Below, one piece after another: positions 28,601-38,636 of a stretch of 64,000 bases of DNA; within the stretch, counting starts at the first letter, position 1; every line of letters starts with the position of its first letter. The stretch covers positions 65,229-129,228 of the forward strand of contig CAYTHX010000003.1 of NCBI GenBank assembly GCA_964437705.1, in the 5' to 3' direction. Under the pieces are notes generated by a model. It saw nothing but the letters and a program-made list of their open reading frames with translations. It searched no databases and was not told where the DNA came from. The stretch comes from an uncultured Nitrososphaeria archaeon (GTDB taxonomy: Archaea > Thermoproteota > Nitrososphaeria > Geothermarchaeales > JDFR-13). The translations under genes were made by a program, and so were the position numbers.

Positions 28601-29521
28601 TTAATGTCCTACTGTTTTTAAATCTCTATGGATTAAGCTTGATAGCTGTGTTAGTAACTCACATACTTTGCATATCTCTCTTGCTGTTGGATAACCGCAG
28701 ATTTTACATCTGGAGACCTCAAGCTTTTTCCCAGTTTTTAATTTTTCTGCTAAACTAATTAGATTATAAATCATTCCTGGATGCTTTCTTTCTAATCTAT
28801 TTATGAAATTTCTAACTTCTCTTCTTAATGCAAACCTGGCGTAGGGACAAGGTTTGTCAAAGTACTCGATATTGTTTAGATATGCGTAGAGAACTATTTC
28901 GGATTCTGGTAAATACTTAAGAGGGTATACTCTCGGTATTAAGAGACCTTTTACATCTAGATCGTAAATTATATGCTTATAGTTTCCTTGAATGATATTT
29001 AGTAAAAATGTTTCTGCAACATCATTAGCATTATGACCAGTTAGTATTAAATCAACGTTTAGATCTCTCCCGACGTATTCGATTAATCTTCTCCTAAAAG
29101 CTCCACAGTACGTACATGGAATATCCACCTTATAATTTCTAACGAGCTCATCCAGTGTAAAGCCAAAATACTCCCTAAATGAAACTATTTTATACTTTAT
29201 TGATAATCTCTTTAGTAAATTAATAGCATATTTTATGGACTCGTCTCTATATCCTTTAATTCCCTCATCAATAATAATTGCTGATAACTTTGTAGCAGGA
29301 TATTTCTTAGATAATTTCCATAGAATGTATGCCATTGTTAGACTATCTTTACCACCAGATACAGCAAGGCCTAAATGCATTCCCCACTCTACTTGACCAC
29401 TCAGGGTCCTCTTGACACGAGACTCTACAGATGATATAAAGTGAAGTCTACATAAATACTCACCTGAATATTTTCGATGATAAAAAGCTTGCCTATCACA
29501 ATACCTACATATATACCTCAA
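28601..29521 (-). CDS. PP-loop ATPase tRNA thiolation protein (NcsA/Ncs6/TtcA family).
   Basis: SGGKDS PP-loop. N-terminal CRYCDR and C-terminal CKICGYP...CKVC zinc fingers. Confidence 0.75.
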   Translation of the reverse strand: MRYICRYCDRQAFYHRKYSGEYLCRLHFISSVESRVKRTLSGQVEWGMHLGLAVSGGKDSLTMAYILWKLSKKYPATKLSAIIIDEGIKGYRDESIKYAINLLKRLSIKYKIVSFREYFGFTLDELVRNYKVDIPCTYCGAFRRRLIEYVGRDLNVDLILTGHNANDVAETFLLNIIQGNYKHIIYDLDVKGLLIPRVYPLKYLPESEIVLYAYLNNIEYFDKPCPYARFALRREVRNFINRLERKHPGMIYNLISLAEKLKTGKKLEVSRCKICGYPTAREICKVCELLTQLSSLIHRDLKTVGH

Positions 29522-29555
29522 TTTTCAATCACATATCTTTATAAGGTTCCTTGAG

Positions 29556-30752
29556 CTATATTTGAATTATCTTAAGTACTATATGAGCAGTTAAGTTTAG
29601 TACTACCAAAAATAATGAAATTACTGAGAATAGTATTAAAATTATTTTTTTGGTTTTTTTCTTCATATTTAGTAAATCTAGGATTGCCGATAAACAGCCA
29701 TAACCATCAAGCATATATATCGGCAACATATTTATGAGACCTATATTTAATGAGAGAAAGAATATCCAGAATAAAACTTCATACATTATATGTGGTAAAT
29801 ATATGGGTAAGAATGGAAATTTCGGCGGGTAATAATTTTTAGGAATATATCCTAAGATACCTCTATTTGGATTTTTTGGATCTTGAGCGGCTACTATACT
29901 TAGCTCGCATATTCCATGGCTACTATGGTTCATAAACTTTATATACACAGTTTCTCCAGGAAGAACTCTAATTGACCTTAAGTCTGCAACTGATTTAATG
30001 GGTTTACCATTAATTTCTATTATAACATCCCCCTCTGTAAGTATAGTTTGATTTGATAATGGATAATTTGGCAATATTTCACTAACTATTACTCCAGATG
30101 AGGGGGCATAAAATGGTGAAAGCAGTAAATGGAATAAATATGGATTTATAACTAATGGTAAAAATATTAGAGCAACTATAATATTCATATACGAGCCAGC
30201 GGCTAGAACTATAAGTCTTCTTTTAGGATTAATCGCCTTAAACTCGTTTTCGTCAGGTTCTACAAATGCGGCAGGTATTAAGAATACGAAGGCAAACCCC
30301 ACACTTTTTATTTTAACTTTTGATAAGTGTAAAGTTACCTTATGACTTAGTTCGTGAGGAATAAATACAAGTAATATTCCAGGCAACATTTTAAGAAAAA
30401 CATAACCAGTAACGGTCACACCGGGTATAATAATTTTTGCGGGAGGCTCAGGACCGGGAGCTATGAGGAAATAATGTATCAAGTTACTTATTAGTAGATA
30501 AAAAGCTGCACACATTAACCCTAAACCTACGATAACTCCTACAATATAGAATACATATAGTGCTTTTTCATACTTAATCACAATATCTAAGAGAAAATTA
30601 TTAAGTCTACTTGTTTTTATAAAAGCGTAAAGTGGTCCAATTTCTACATTATCCAACTTGATATATTTTTTTATGAGACGAAATATTATATACACTACTA
30701 TCCATAATAGAACCACATCAATTAACCACGAAAACTCGGTTAAGGAGTACAT
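29556..30752 (-). CDS. Site-2 protease family M50 metalloprotease with PDZ domain.
   Basis: HELSHKV (HExxH) within a TM helix. PDZ-like GDVIIEINGKPIKSVADL. Multiple TM helices. Confidence 0.75.
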   Translation of the reverse strand: MYSLTEFSWLIDVVLLWIVVYIIFRLIKKYIKLDNVEIGPLYAFIKTSRLNNFLLDIVIKYEKALYVFYIVGVIVGLGLMCAAFYLLISNLIHYFLIAPGPEPPAKIIIPGVTVTGYVFLKMLPGILLVFIPHELSHKVTLHLSKVKIKSVGFAFVFLIPAAFVEPDENEFKAINPKRRLIVLAAGSYMNIIVALIFLPLVINPYLFHLLLSPFYAPSSGVIVSEILPNYPLSNQTILTEGDVIIEINGKPIKSVADLRSIRVLPGETVYIKFMNHSSHGICELSIVAAQDPKNPNRGILGYIPKNYYPPKFPFLPIYLPHIMYEVLFWIFFLSLNIGLINMLPIYMLDGYGCLSAILDLLNMKKKTKKIILILFSVISLFLVVLNLTAHIVLKIIQI

Positions 30753-30909
30753 CTCTTCTGATCACATTAACATATTTTAGTTATAAACAATTTATTAACA
30801 TTAATAAGCTTACTATAGAAATCCGCAGAAAACTATATGTATGCACGTTTTTAAGCTAATTGTGGGGTTTTATATTTTATTTACCCCTATTAGTAAAAAG
30901 GGGTAAAAC

Positions 30910-31230
30910 ATGAATTACAAGTTAGTATTTGGTATCGAAAATTCAACTGCAAACTTGGACTTGCTTAATCAATACACTGATACGGTTAAATATATTTTTA
31001 ACGAATTGTCTGATTTTCTAATATTTTTCATAAAAACTGCTTTACACACATTACTATGGATTTCAAGACCTGTCTATATATTACTTCTCATTATAGGTGT
31101 GTTCATATACCTAACTAGAATACATAGATGGTTGGGAAGAGATTTAATCTTTAGTTCTATAGCACTTGCAATATTTTCGGAACTATTTCTACCACTAATT
31201 ATCAACTATATCGAGTCAAGTTATCCCTAA
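30910..31230 (+). CDS. Small membrane protein, hypothetical.
   Basis: 106-aa ORF with two hydrophobic helices. Confidence 0.3.
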   Translation: MNYKLVFGIENSTANLDLLNQYTDTVKYIFNELSDFLIFFIKTALHTLLWISRPVYILLLIIGVFIYLTRIHRWLGRDLIFSSIALAIFSELFLPLIINYIESSYP

Positions 31231-32232
31231 CATACCTCCAAACTTTCTAACAAGATAACCTAAAGGTGATGCTCCTCTAATTATTTCAATATCTATACCT
31301 AGTTCCACACATTTCTCGATATACGGAAGTACATTATCAAGATTGTCAACTACATAATCAGCGGTCGTAAGCAACAATTTTAGTTTTTTAGCAAATATAT
31401 ATGCTGGAATTACATCCATACCATATATGATTTTTTTCTGATCAATCAACCTAGCGATATCGTAATAAAGGGAAAATTCAAATGAAACCCTATTATATCC
31501 TATATACTTCATTATTTCTTTAGATTTAAGCACATTAATTACACCCTCATATCCACCTACATCAGAAGTCACCTGAAAAACCTTTATTTTTCCCTTGTAC
31601 ATGGAAATAACATCCTTTAATGTTCTCCTGAGGCTATGTGGATAGGCTAAAATACAAGGTACACTTTTACTTGCAGCGAAATTTAAACCATCGACAACAA
31701 ACTGCTTTATTTCGTCAAACTTATCCATAATATTTTGGTTATATAGCTTACCGCCGTGAAAAGCCTTATTTGAAACCTCAATAATGCGATCTTTAACCAG
31801 TACGATAGAACCGATGTGATCGTCAATCGCAATAACTACAAATTCTATACTCGACTTTTGTTTTAAATGACTAATTAACTTTATACAATCATTCTGACAA
31901 AGAAAAACTACATGGCCTCCAATTTTAATGTCCACACCTATTGTTCGGCCTAGAATACCTTCTTCAATTTCTGAAGCAATTATTCGTCCAGTAACTCTTA
32001 ATGAATTTAGATCTTTATCTAAGGCTAATTTTAAAGGATCTATTGTGGCTCTAACATATATGCGCTTAGCACGTCTTCCAGCCTCGCTGGACAACTTATA
32101 TTGCCAATCAATATTCGTAATTAATTTAGCTCTATAGTTTTTAAGCAACAGATATGCTATGAGAATATCAACAGCATTTTCTATATATACTTCTATAACT
32201 TCCCCACGATCATCTAGTAACTTATATTTCAT
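31216..32232 (-). CDS. Pelota/Dom34-like mRNA surveillance protein.
   Basis: N-terminal pattern YKLLDDRGEVIEVYIENAVDILIAYLLL parallels the Pelota domain 1. C-terminal KKIIYGMDVIPAYIFAKKLKLLL and terminal KFGGMLGI resemble the eRF1-like domain 3. Confidence 0.6.
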   Translation of the reverse strand: MKYKLLDDRGEVIEVYIENAVDILIAYLLLKNYRAKLITNIDWQYKLSSEAGRRAKRIYVRATIDPLKLALDKDLNSLRVTGRIIASEIEEGILGRTIGVDIKIGGHVVFLCQNDCIKLISHLKQKSSIEFVVIAIDDHIGSIVLVKDRIIEVSNKAFHGGKLYNQNIMDKFDEIKQFVVDGLNFAASKSVPCILAYPHSLRRTLKDVISMYKGKIKVFQVTSDVGGYEGVINVLKSKEIMKYIGYNRVSFEFSLYYDIARLIDQKKIIYGMDVIPAYIFAKKLKLLLTTADYVVDNLDNVLPYIEKCVELGIDIEIIRGASPLGYLVRKFGGMLGIT

Positions 32233-32307
32233 ATGTCAACACAAGTTAAACATCATTATCTTAAAACTATAATTTAGGTAGAAATAGTGTTAAGATAGTT
32301 ATTTTAC

Positions 32308-33441
32308 TTACTTAAAAGTTAATATATTAAGGTCTTCCGGTATTCTGGCTAACTGCTTAATTCTACTACCTATGATATTTTTAACTCCTTTTTCATATGC
32401 TAAATCTACAAGTCTTTGTGTAATAATACCGTCGAGAATAATCGTGTCAACTTTGCCTTTTTCAACTTCCTGTAACTCTTCTATCAAACTACCTACACTA
32501 ACTCTCTTTATAATTTCATTATCCTTTATAAGTAAAGCTTCTAGTGTACCAATAATCTCATTAATATATGGCGTATAAGGCTTTAGTTCCTCTCTTTCAA
32601 TGTCTTCCTTATTAAATGGTTTCATATTTTTTAATGCTTCAAATACCTCCTCGGGCTTTAGTTCCTCGACCTCTTTACCCTCTGGTGCAAATGCGACAAA
32701 GTCTATTCTGCTAATGGTACTAGCTAATTTTTTAAGGTTTAAATAGCCACTACGATCACCATCCAGAAAAGCTATTATCTTCTTTTTATTTTTTAGTATG
32801 TCTTTCAATTTTGGTGGTATTTTTCCACCACCTATACTAATGACATTTTCAATTCCATACTTAACGAGTGTAATAACGTCGGCTCTACCCTCCACGAGGA
32901 TAACTTCGTCACTCGATAATGCCTTAGGACCAAGTGTTAGTCCATTCATATCTTTAACCTGCTTAGGCGCTAAGTAATTTTCTAATTCTCGTAGTACATC
33001 TTCTGCTTCTGGAATCTTCTCAAGCTTCCAAGACTCTAAGATCTTCTTTGCTCTAGAAATGATCATTTTTATCTTCTCCTCTCGGAAATCTTTAATACTT
33101 TTTAACTTTACTTTCGCTCTGAACGGACCGACTTGATCGACAATCTCTATCATAGCGGCTATTAACGCTGTCCCAACGATATCTAGAGTACTAGGAACCT
33201 TAATTATTCCAGAGGTAGTTCTATTTCTTGATTTAATTTCGACCTCAATACGCCCTATCTTACCTGTTTTAGCCATTTCCCTTAGGTCAAACGTAGGGCC
33301 AAATAATCCTTCTGTCTGTCCAAAAATTGCTCCGATAATATCGCTTCTTTCGACACTACCATCTACATCGAAAGTAAATTCTAGGATATATTTAGTATAG
33401 CGAACTTCACCGATACTTTCATTAACCATAAACATCACCAA
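32308..33441 (-). CDS. dnaG: Archaeal DnaG-like primase (TOPRIM; exosome-associated).
   Basis: TOPRIM LVEGRADVITLVKYG...FLDGDRSG and conserved archaeal DnaG N-terminus. Confidence 0.8.
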   Translation of the reverse strand: MVMFMVNESIGEVRYTKYILEFTFDVDGSVERSDIIGAIFGQTEGLFGPTFDLREMAKTGKIGRIEVEIKSRNRTTSGIIKVPSTLDIVGTALIAAMIEIVDQVGPFRAKVKLKSIKDFREEKIKMIISRAKKILESWKLEKIPEAEDVLRELENYLAPKQVKDMNGLTLGPKALSSDEVILVEGRADVITLVKYGIENVISIGGGKIPPKLKDILKNKKKIIAFLDGDRSGYLNLKKLASTISRIDFVAFAPEGKEVEELKPEEVFEALKNMKPFNKEDIEREELKPYTPYINEIIGTLEALLIKDNEIIKRVSVGSLIEELQEVEKGKVDTIILDGIITQRLVDLAYEKGVKNIIGSRIKQLARIPEDLNILTFK

Positions 33442-33616
33442 AGAATCAAACTGCCATTTACTTTTTATCTAATTTTCCTTTTTATGCTTCCTATAATATT
33501 ATATTCACGCAGTATATAAACTAACACAAAAAGCAAAAATGATAATAGCTCATTATACCATTTATTCTTAGGTATTTTATACATAACTTTAAGAATTATC
33601 TAAAAATGTCATAAAT

Positions 33617-34015
33617 CTACATATAGCATCTTCTTTGAATATTTCTACATATTTCCTCAACTGCAATACCAAAACGTTTAGTAGTATTTCTGAATAACTC
33701 CCTTGAGTACTCATCTATAACAAAACCTAAACTTTCGAACCTCCTCTTTAAATTTTTGTATAAAACAATTCCCTTTCTATCCCAGTCCGTTAGAATCACT
33801 ATTCTCTTGAAACTACCCTTATTATAAATAGACTTAAAATTGGGAGAATTGCATACGTAAATTGGGATATTTATATTTAATTTTCTCAGTTCCTCAAGAT
33901 CGCTTTGTCCCTCAACTACTATGCATGTATCAATTAGAGAATTAAAATACTTAACTATTCTTTCTTTAACTGTTGACGCTTCCTCAATCTCTCTTCTCGA
34001 TAATTTCCCTAAGTT
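33617..34015 (-). CDS. Small TOPRIM-domain protein (UPF0292-like).
   Basis: VVEGQSDLEEL...ILTDWDRKG TOPRIM acidic motifs. Start set at the internal MNLGK, so the longest ORF overlaps tyrS. Confidence 0.55.
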   Translation of the reverse strand, partial: NLGKLSRREIEEASTVKERIVKYFNSLIDTCIVVEGQSDLEELRKLNINIPIYVCNSPNFKSIYNKGSFKRIVILTDWDRKGIVLYKNLKRRFESLGFVIDEYSRELFRNTTKRFGIAVEEICRNIQRRCYM

Positions 34016-35054
34016 CATCAAGTATTTCACCATGTTTATCAAAATACTTCCTAATAGGGTCCAGTATTTCATTTAAATAATCGATAATTGACAATTTTAA
34101 GTCGTAAGGGTGTATCGACCCATCTATGTAGTTCTTCTCAAACTCTATTATACTGTAAAGTTCAAGATCACCCTTTTTGCTTTTAACAATAAATGCTTTC
34201 TTATTATCTGTTAAATACGGGAAGACAATATATCTTAGCAGGTAGTAGAGAGGGTTCGTTTCACAATCTCCTTGTGGACAATAGCTTTTCATAATCTTCC
34301 TTTTCACAGTTTCTTCATCATCATGAATTAGTATACCAGACTCAAGTTTACTTTTAGACATCTTACTAAACATTTTTTCTTCTAACTTTGTTGGTACTGG
34401 GGAGTATAGCGATGGAAGAAGAGGAGTATGCACACTTACAGGCGGCGATCTATTAAAATACTTTGCAACGTCTCGGGCAAGCATATGTGCTTTTCTCTGG
34501 TCAATCCCGGCAAAGACGACATCTAAGTTTAATGCGAAGATGTCAGCAACCTGCATTAATGGATATATAAGCCAAGCAAATTCTCTAATCTCATCTGTAT
34601 CCCTTCTCCCTAGAATTGGCAAAGCCCTTAATATTCTCCGTAAACTAGCTTTCTTACCAACTCGTATCACGGTTTCCCAGTACTTTACGTCACTCACAAC
34701 ATCACTAGCCCAGACATATTTCACCTTATCTTTCGGTACGCCTATAGCTGTAAATGCGTGTATAAAATACTCACCGGCAAGTCTGATGTGATCCATATTA
34801 CCACCAAACTTATTGTTTATCCAGGAGTGCCAGTCAGCGAGTAGTATCGTAAAGTCTATCCCGGCATTAACAGCATCTTTAATTTTTCTTCCCTGAATTA
34901 AACCTATTCCTATATGTATAAAGCCAGAACACTCGAAGCCGATATATCCCCTAGGTCTTTTACGCATTTCAAAGATAGATCTAAGCTCATCTATAGTTAC
35001 CACTTCTATAGTATCTCTTGCTACTAAATTGACCCTGTCCTCAATATTAGTCAT
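33984..35054 (-). CDS. tyrS: Tyrosyl-tRNA synthetase (archaeal type).
   Basis: IGFECSGFIHIGIG (HIGH-like). AGIDFTILLADWHSWIN, as in M. jannaschii TyrRS. KMSKS motif present. Confidence 0.85.
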   Translation of the reverse strand: MTNIEDRVNLVARDTIEVVTIDELRSIFEMRKRPRGYIGFECSGFIHIGIGLIQGRKIKDAVNAGIDFTILLADWHSWINNKFGGNMDHIRLAGEYFIHAFTAIGVPKDKVKYVWASDVVSDVKYWETVIRVGKKASLRRILRALPILGRRDTDEIREFAWLIYPLMQVADIFALNLDVVFAGIDQRKAHMLARDVAKYFNRSPPVSVHTPLLPSLYSPVPTKLEEKMFSKMSKSKLESGILIHDDEETVKRKIMKSYCPQGDCETNPLYYLLRYIVFPYLTDNKKAFIVKSKKGDLELYSIIEFEKNYIDGSIHPYDLKLSIIDYLNEILDPIRKYFDKHGEILDELREIIEKRD

Positions 35055-35124
35055 AGCTAATCACTTACCACATAACTTCCTAAATTTATAATTTGACAGA
35101 AACGGCAAATATAAATTACTTAAT

Positions 35125-35290
35125 CATAGTTTTGACGGGATGTAGCCCGCGTCCAACCCTTTGACCCTCATCGCTAGGCCGCTTGGGCCGACTCGGGCCA
35201 GGCCCTCACGCGGGCTTTTGGGAGTTGTTCCATGTCTGGGTACCCAGCCATCATCTTTATCAGGCTGGTCCGTCAGACATGGATACCTTT
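35125..35290. ncRNA. Candidate structured GC-rich non-coding RNA or regulatory element. Strand undetermined.
   Basis: About 160 nt at roughly 65% GC in an AT-rich intergenic spacer. 8-bp stem GCCCGCGT/ACGCGGGC enclosing GC-rich hairpins, then a second hairpin CCATGTCTG...CAGACATGG followed by ATA and a T-tract. Confidence 0.4.
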
Positions 35291-35338
35291 TTCTCCCATA
35301 GATATTAATCAGTATAAGGTGAAATTTTATTTTTAATG

Positions 35339-36997
35339 TTAGTTGCTATTCACAAGATTTGTTATGTCCATTTCGAATACGGCAACTGGCATTTCTAGAT
35401 TAAAGTTGTAAAGAACTTGAGGATGAATTTCCCCGATAATGCCAACTTTATAATTACTAAAGAAAATTTCTCCTACTCTGCCCTCTATGAATGATGGGTG
35501 AGTAATTGGAGTAATATTAACATGAACCCTCAAACGCTTTGTAAAGGCATCAAGCACAGACTTGATTTCTGAATATCCTACTTTACTATGCGAAATAGCA
35601 GCAGCTACGTGTAGAGACTCTTCAATTCCACGATCAAATACTTCGCCAACCTCAAAGATCTTGTGAGGATACGGCTCATCCTTAGAGATATATAGATTTC
35701 TTAGTAATTGCGGAATTATCCATATCCTTAATGCGGAGTACTCAGTTGACTTTGACTCTTCAACCATAATTAACTGCTTTCCGGAAATTAACATCTTTTC
35801 AGTTTGTTCTATCGGGTTCGTTAAAATGTAATTCATCACCTCTGTAAAACCTAAGCTTACCATTAAATCTACAACTTTACTAATAATTCTCGACTTTCTA
35901 TGCTTTTCACCAACAGAGTAGCGTTCAGGAAGCTTTGGTGTAATATTCCAATATCCATACCCAATCGCTATTTCCTCTACTAAATCAATAGGATGTAGGA
36001 TATCAACTCTATACTTTGGCACTTTAACAATAATCTTTTTATCTTTTATTACCTCGACATTAAACCTACATTTTAATAATGATTTTATAATGTCGTTAAC
36101 TGATAATTGTATACCCAAGTACTTAGTAACTAAGTCTATAAACTTATTTAGTTCAAGCTCAATAATGTTAGGTGTTAAATCAGGGGTGGTTATTTCTCGA
36201 CCCTCAGCTTCATATACTACTTTTACAGAATGTATCTTGCCTCCATAATCTGCAAGTGTCGTCGCTAGAATGTTTAGTACGTCGATTGCCCTGTTGAAGT
36301 CGGTCGCCGTAACGTCCAGGAATAGATTTCTCGTGTTTTCATATACTCGTGTGTACTCTGAGTTTATTACAGGTGGGAACGATAGTACATTACCCTCCGC
36401 GTCTATCAAAATCGGATACCTCTTAAATCCTTTTACTAAGTGCTTATATTTCTGTCCTACTGGATGTTCATCTAAAATGGACTTTATAGACATTTCATAA
36501 TTCATATCTAGCGGTATAAACCTAAATTCGTTAGAAACTGTTGTATATCTTACTGGGAAGTGTATAACGTCAAAATTATGTATACCTATGGATACCTTTC
36601 TTCTTTCTCTTCCTAATCCTTGATGAAGATCTTCCTGTAAATTTATAATTTCGATTAAAGTATCTTCATCCATTTTAATATCCTTAACCACACAACTTAC
36701 TAAATAAGGCCTTATATTGGCAACACTAGAGTCTACATATACAGTTAGCTCGGACGACTTAACCTCATATTTTTTCATTCCTATTTTGTCTAAATACAGA
36801 CCCTCAAATGCCCTAGCTATACCAACTGGAGCACCCATATCAGGTCTGTTTGGAGTATATTCAACCTTAATATAATCGTCTCCAACGTCCTCTATATCCA
36901 ATCCAAGCCAAGGAAGCTTTTCAACTAAGTCCGAAACCTTCAGATCCTTACCTATGAAATTGTTGAACCTGTCTACACTTAAGGTAATTACAGGCAT
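35339..36997 (-). CDS. pheT: Phenylalanyl-tRNA synthetase beta subunit (archaeal).
   Basis: 552 aa with B3/4 and B5 domain-like sequence. Operon with pheS. Confidence 0.85.
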   Translation of the reverse strand: MPVITLSVDRFNNFIGKDLKVSDLVEKLPWLGLDIEDVGDDYIKVEYTPNRPDMGAPVGIARAFEGLYLDKIGMKKYEVKSSELTVYVDSSVANIRPYLVSCVVKDIKMDEDTLIEIINLQEDLHQGLGRERRKVSIGIHNFDVIHFPVRYTTVSNEFRFIPLDMNYEMSIKSILDEHPVGQKYKHLVKGFKRYPILIDAEGNVLSFPPVINSEYTRVYENTRNLFLDVTATDFNRAIDVLNILATTLADYGGKIHSVKVVYEAEGREITTPDLTPNIIELELNKFIDLVTKYLGIQLSVNDIIKSLLKCRFNVEVIKDKKIIVKVPKYRVDILHPIDLVEEIAIGYGYWNITPKLPERYSVGEKHRKSRIISKVVDLMVSLGFTEVMNYILTNPIEQTEKMLISGKQLIMVEESKSTEYSALRIWIIPQLLRNLYISKDEPYPHKIFEVGEVFDRGIEESLHVAAAISHSKVGYSEIKSVLDAFTKRLRVHVNITPITHPSFIEGRVGEIFFSNYKVGIIGEIHPQVLYNFNLEMPVAVFEMDITNLVNSN

Positions 36998-37000
36998 AAC

Positions 37001-38524
37001 TTACACCTCCCTTAAAAAGCCGAGATCATTACGATAAATTATGCGGACGTCATCAATACCATGTCTAACCATTAATATTCTCTCTATCCCTATACCCCAA
37101 GCCAATACAGGCCATCTAACACCTAATGGAACTGTAACCTCAGGTCTAAAAATGCCTGAGCCAGCCATTTCAAGATAACTACTTAACTTATCAACGTATA
37201 CACATACTTGTGCAGAAGGCTCTGTATATGGAAAATAACTTGGCCAAAACAAAACTTTTTTAAATCCTAACTTTTTATAGAAAGTTTCCAAGATACCAAA
37301 TAGTTCTCGTAAGTTTGCATTTGGATCAATTATGATCCCATCAACCATATAAAACTCTGCTAAGTGTTTATAATCCACAGTTTCATTTCGAAAAACTTTA
37401 CCAATAGCAAATATTTTTACGGGCTTCTCTCCATATTCATATACTTTCCTTACAGTTACAGAGGTAGTATGCGTTCTTAAGATTAATGCTCGAGCAACAT
37501 TTTCATCCCATTTATATCCCCAACCTTTTGATCCAGTTAACCACCCGTTTTCATGAGTCATCCCTACTTTCTCAACAACGCTTCTGGAAGGAAGCTCGCC
37601 ATACTTAGGCTCTTTTAAATAAAATGTATCATGCATATCTCTGGCCGGATGATCTTGTGGCTGAAATAAAGCATCAAAATTCCAAAATGACAACTCGATT
37701 AGCGGTCCCCATTCCTCAATAAAGCCCATAGAAATCCAAACCTCCCTAATTTCGTCTAGTAACTCTCTCATTGGATGCTTTCTACCTCCAAAGACAGGTT
37801 TGCCGGCAATCGACAAATTATATCCCTTAAACCTTGCTCTTCTCCACAAACCACTCTTGATAATCTCTGGAGTTAACATGGTAATTAATGGAAGAGATTC
37901 CTGAGTAACTTTTAACTGTGTTGCATAGCTATGTCCCTTATCTGTAACCGAAACAATTTCACGTTTAATTACCTCCCTAGTAACGAAGTTAGGCCGTTTC
38001 ATTAGCATCTTAATAATATTTAATTCATTTTTTGATATAGTGCTTTCGGGAACTCTACCTTCACGTATCAGCTTCTCCACCACTGCCAACACATTTTTCG
38101 GATATTCTTTTACTACCTCTACAATCCGCTTGTGATCAGAGCTGGATATCTTGATAACGCCCATTTCCCGAAGCTTCCCTATTCCCGCCTTAACGTCATC
38201 TAGACTCATATTAGGCATCTGCTGTAGAATCTTTCTAAGCTCCATTTCTCCCTCCTTTGAGACTATAAAGTCATAAATCAGTTTCTCTGGTAGAGTTTTT
38301 AGCTCCAGAAGTTTTTGTCCAGGAGCGTAGTATACTTCAACTTGCTGTATAACCTCAACATAACCACTGCTTTTTAACTTCTCCACAAGGTATCTGACAT
38401 AATCTGCGTTCATATCTAATGATCTGGCTAGGGTTTTTAGCTCAGTACCCTCCTTATGCTCAACAAGAAATTTTAGAATTTTTAGCTCATCACTGCTAAG
38501 AGCTTGAACCATTGTTACTATCAC
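37001..38524 (-). CDS. pheS: Phenylalanyl-tRNA synthetase alpha subunit.
   Basis: Class II motifs FRPE...GIGIERILM. N-terminal wHTH repeats. Confidence 0.9.
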   Translation of the reverse strand: MIVTMVQALSSDELKILKFLVEHKEGTELKTLARSLDMNADYVRYLVEKLKSSGYVEVIQQVEVYYAPGQKLLELKTLPEKLIYDFIVSKEGEMELRKILQQMPNMSLDDVKAGIGKLREMGVIKISSSDHKRIVEVVKEYPKNVLAVVEKLIREGRVPESTISKNELNIIKMLMKRPNFVTREVIKREIVSVTDKGHSYATQLKVTQESLPLITMLTPEIIKSGLWRRARFKGYNLSIAGKPVFGGRKHPMRELLDEIREVWISMGFIEEWGPLIELSFWNFDALFQPQDHPARDMHDTFYLKEPKYGELPSRSVVEKVGMTHENGWLTGSKGWGYKWDENVARALILRTHTTSVTVRKVYEYGEKPVKIFAIGKVFRNETVDYKHLAEFYMVDGIIIDPNANLRELFGILETFYKKLGFKKVLFWPSYFPYTEPSAQVCVYVDKLSSYLEMAGSGIFRPEVTVPLGVRWPVLAWGIGIERILMVRHGIDDVRIIYRNDLGFLREV

Positions 38525-38636
38525 CTAACCATCTATAACTCTAAAAATTTCTGTTATATTTTATGTAATTAATTTTATTTATTAAGTAAAAAATTAGTTT
38601 TCAAGAATAATTTAGAATAACTAGGAGAGGAGGAGG

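Noticed and set aside
30881-30906. Hairpin TTACCCCT-N10-AGGGGTAA immediately upstream of the 30910 ORF as a riboswitch or terminator
   Set aside because: It is an isolated 8-bp stem with no T-tract and no flanking conserved structure. It is possibly an operator or 5' UTR hairpin, but the evidence is insufficient.
35125-35290. GC-rich spacer as a tRNA, SRP RNA or RNase P RNA
   Set aside because: No T-loop (GTTCRA) or cloverleaf. About 160 nt is too short for SRP or RNase P RNA, and I saw no P4-like GGAAAGTCC motif.
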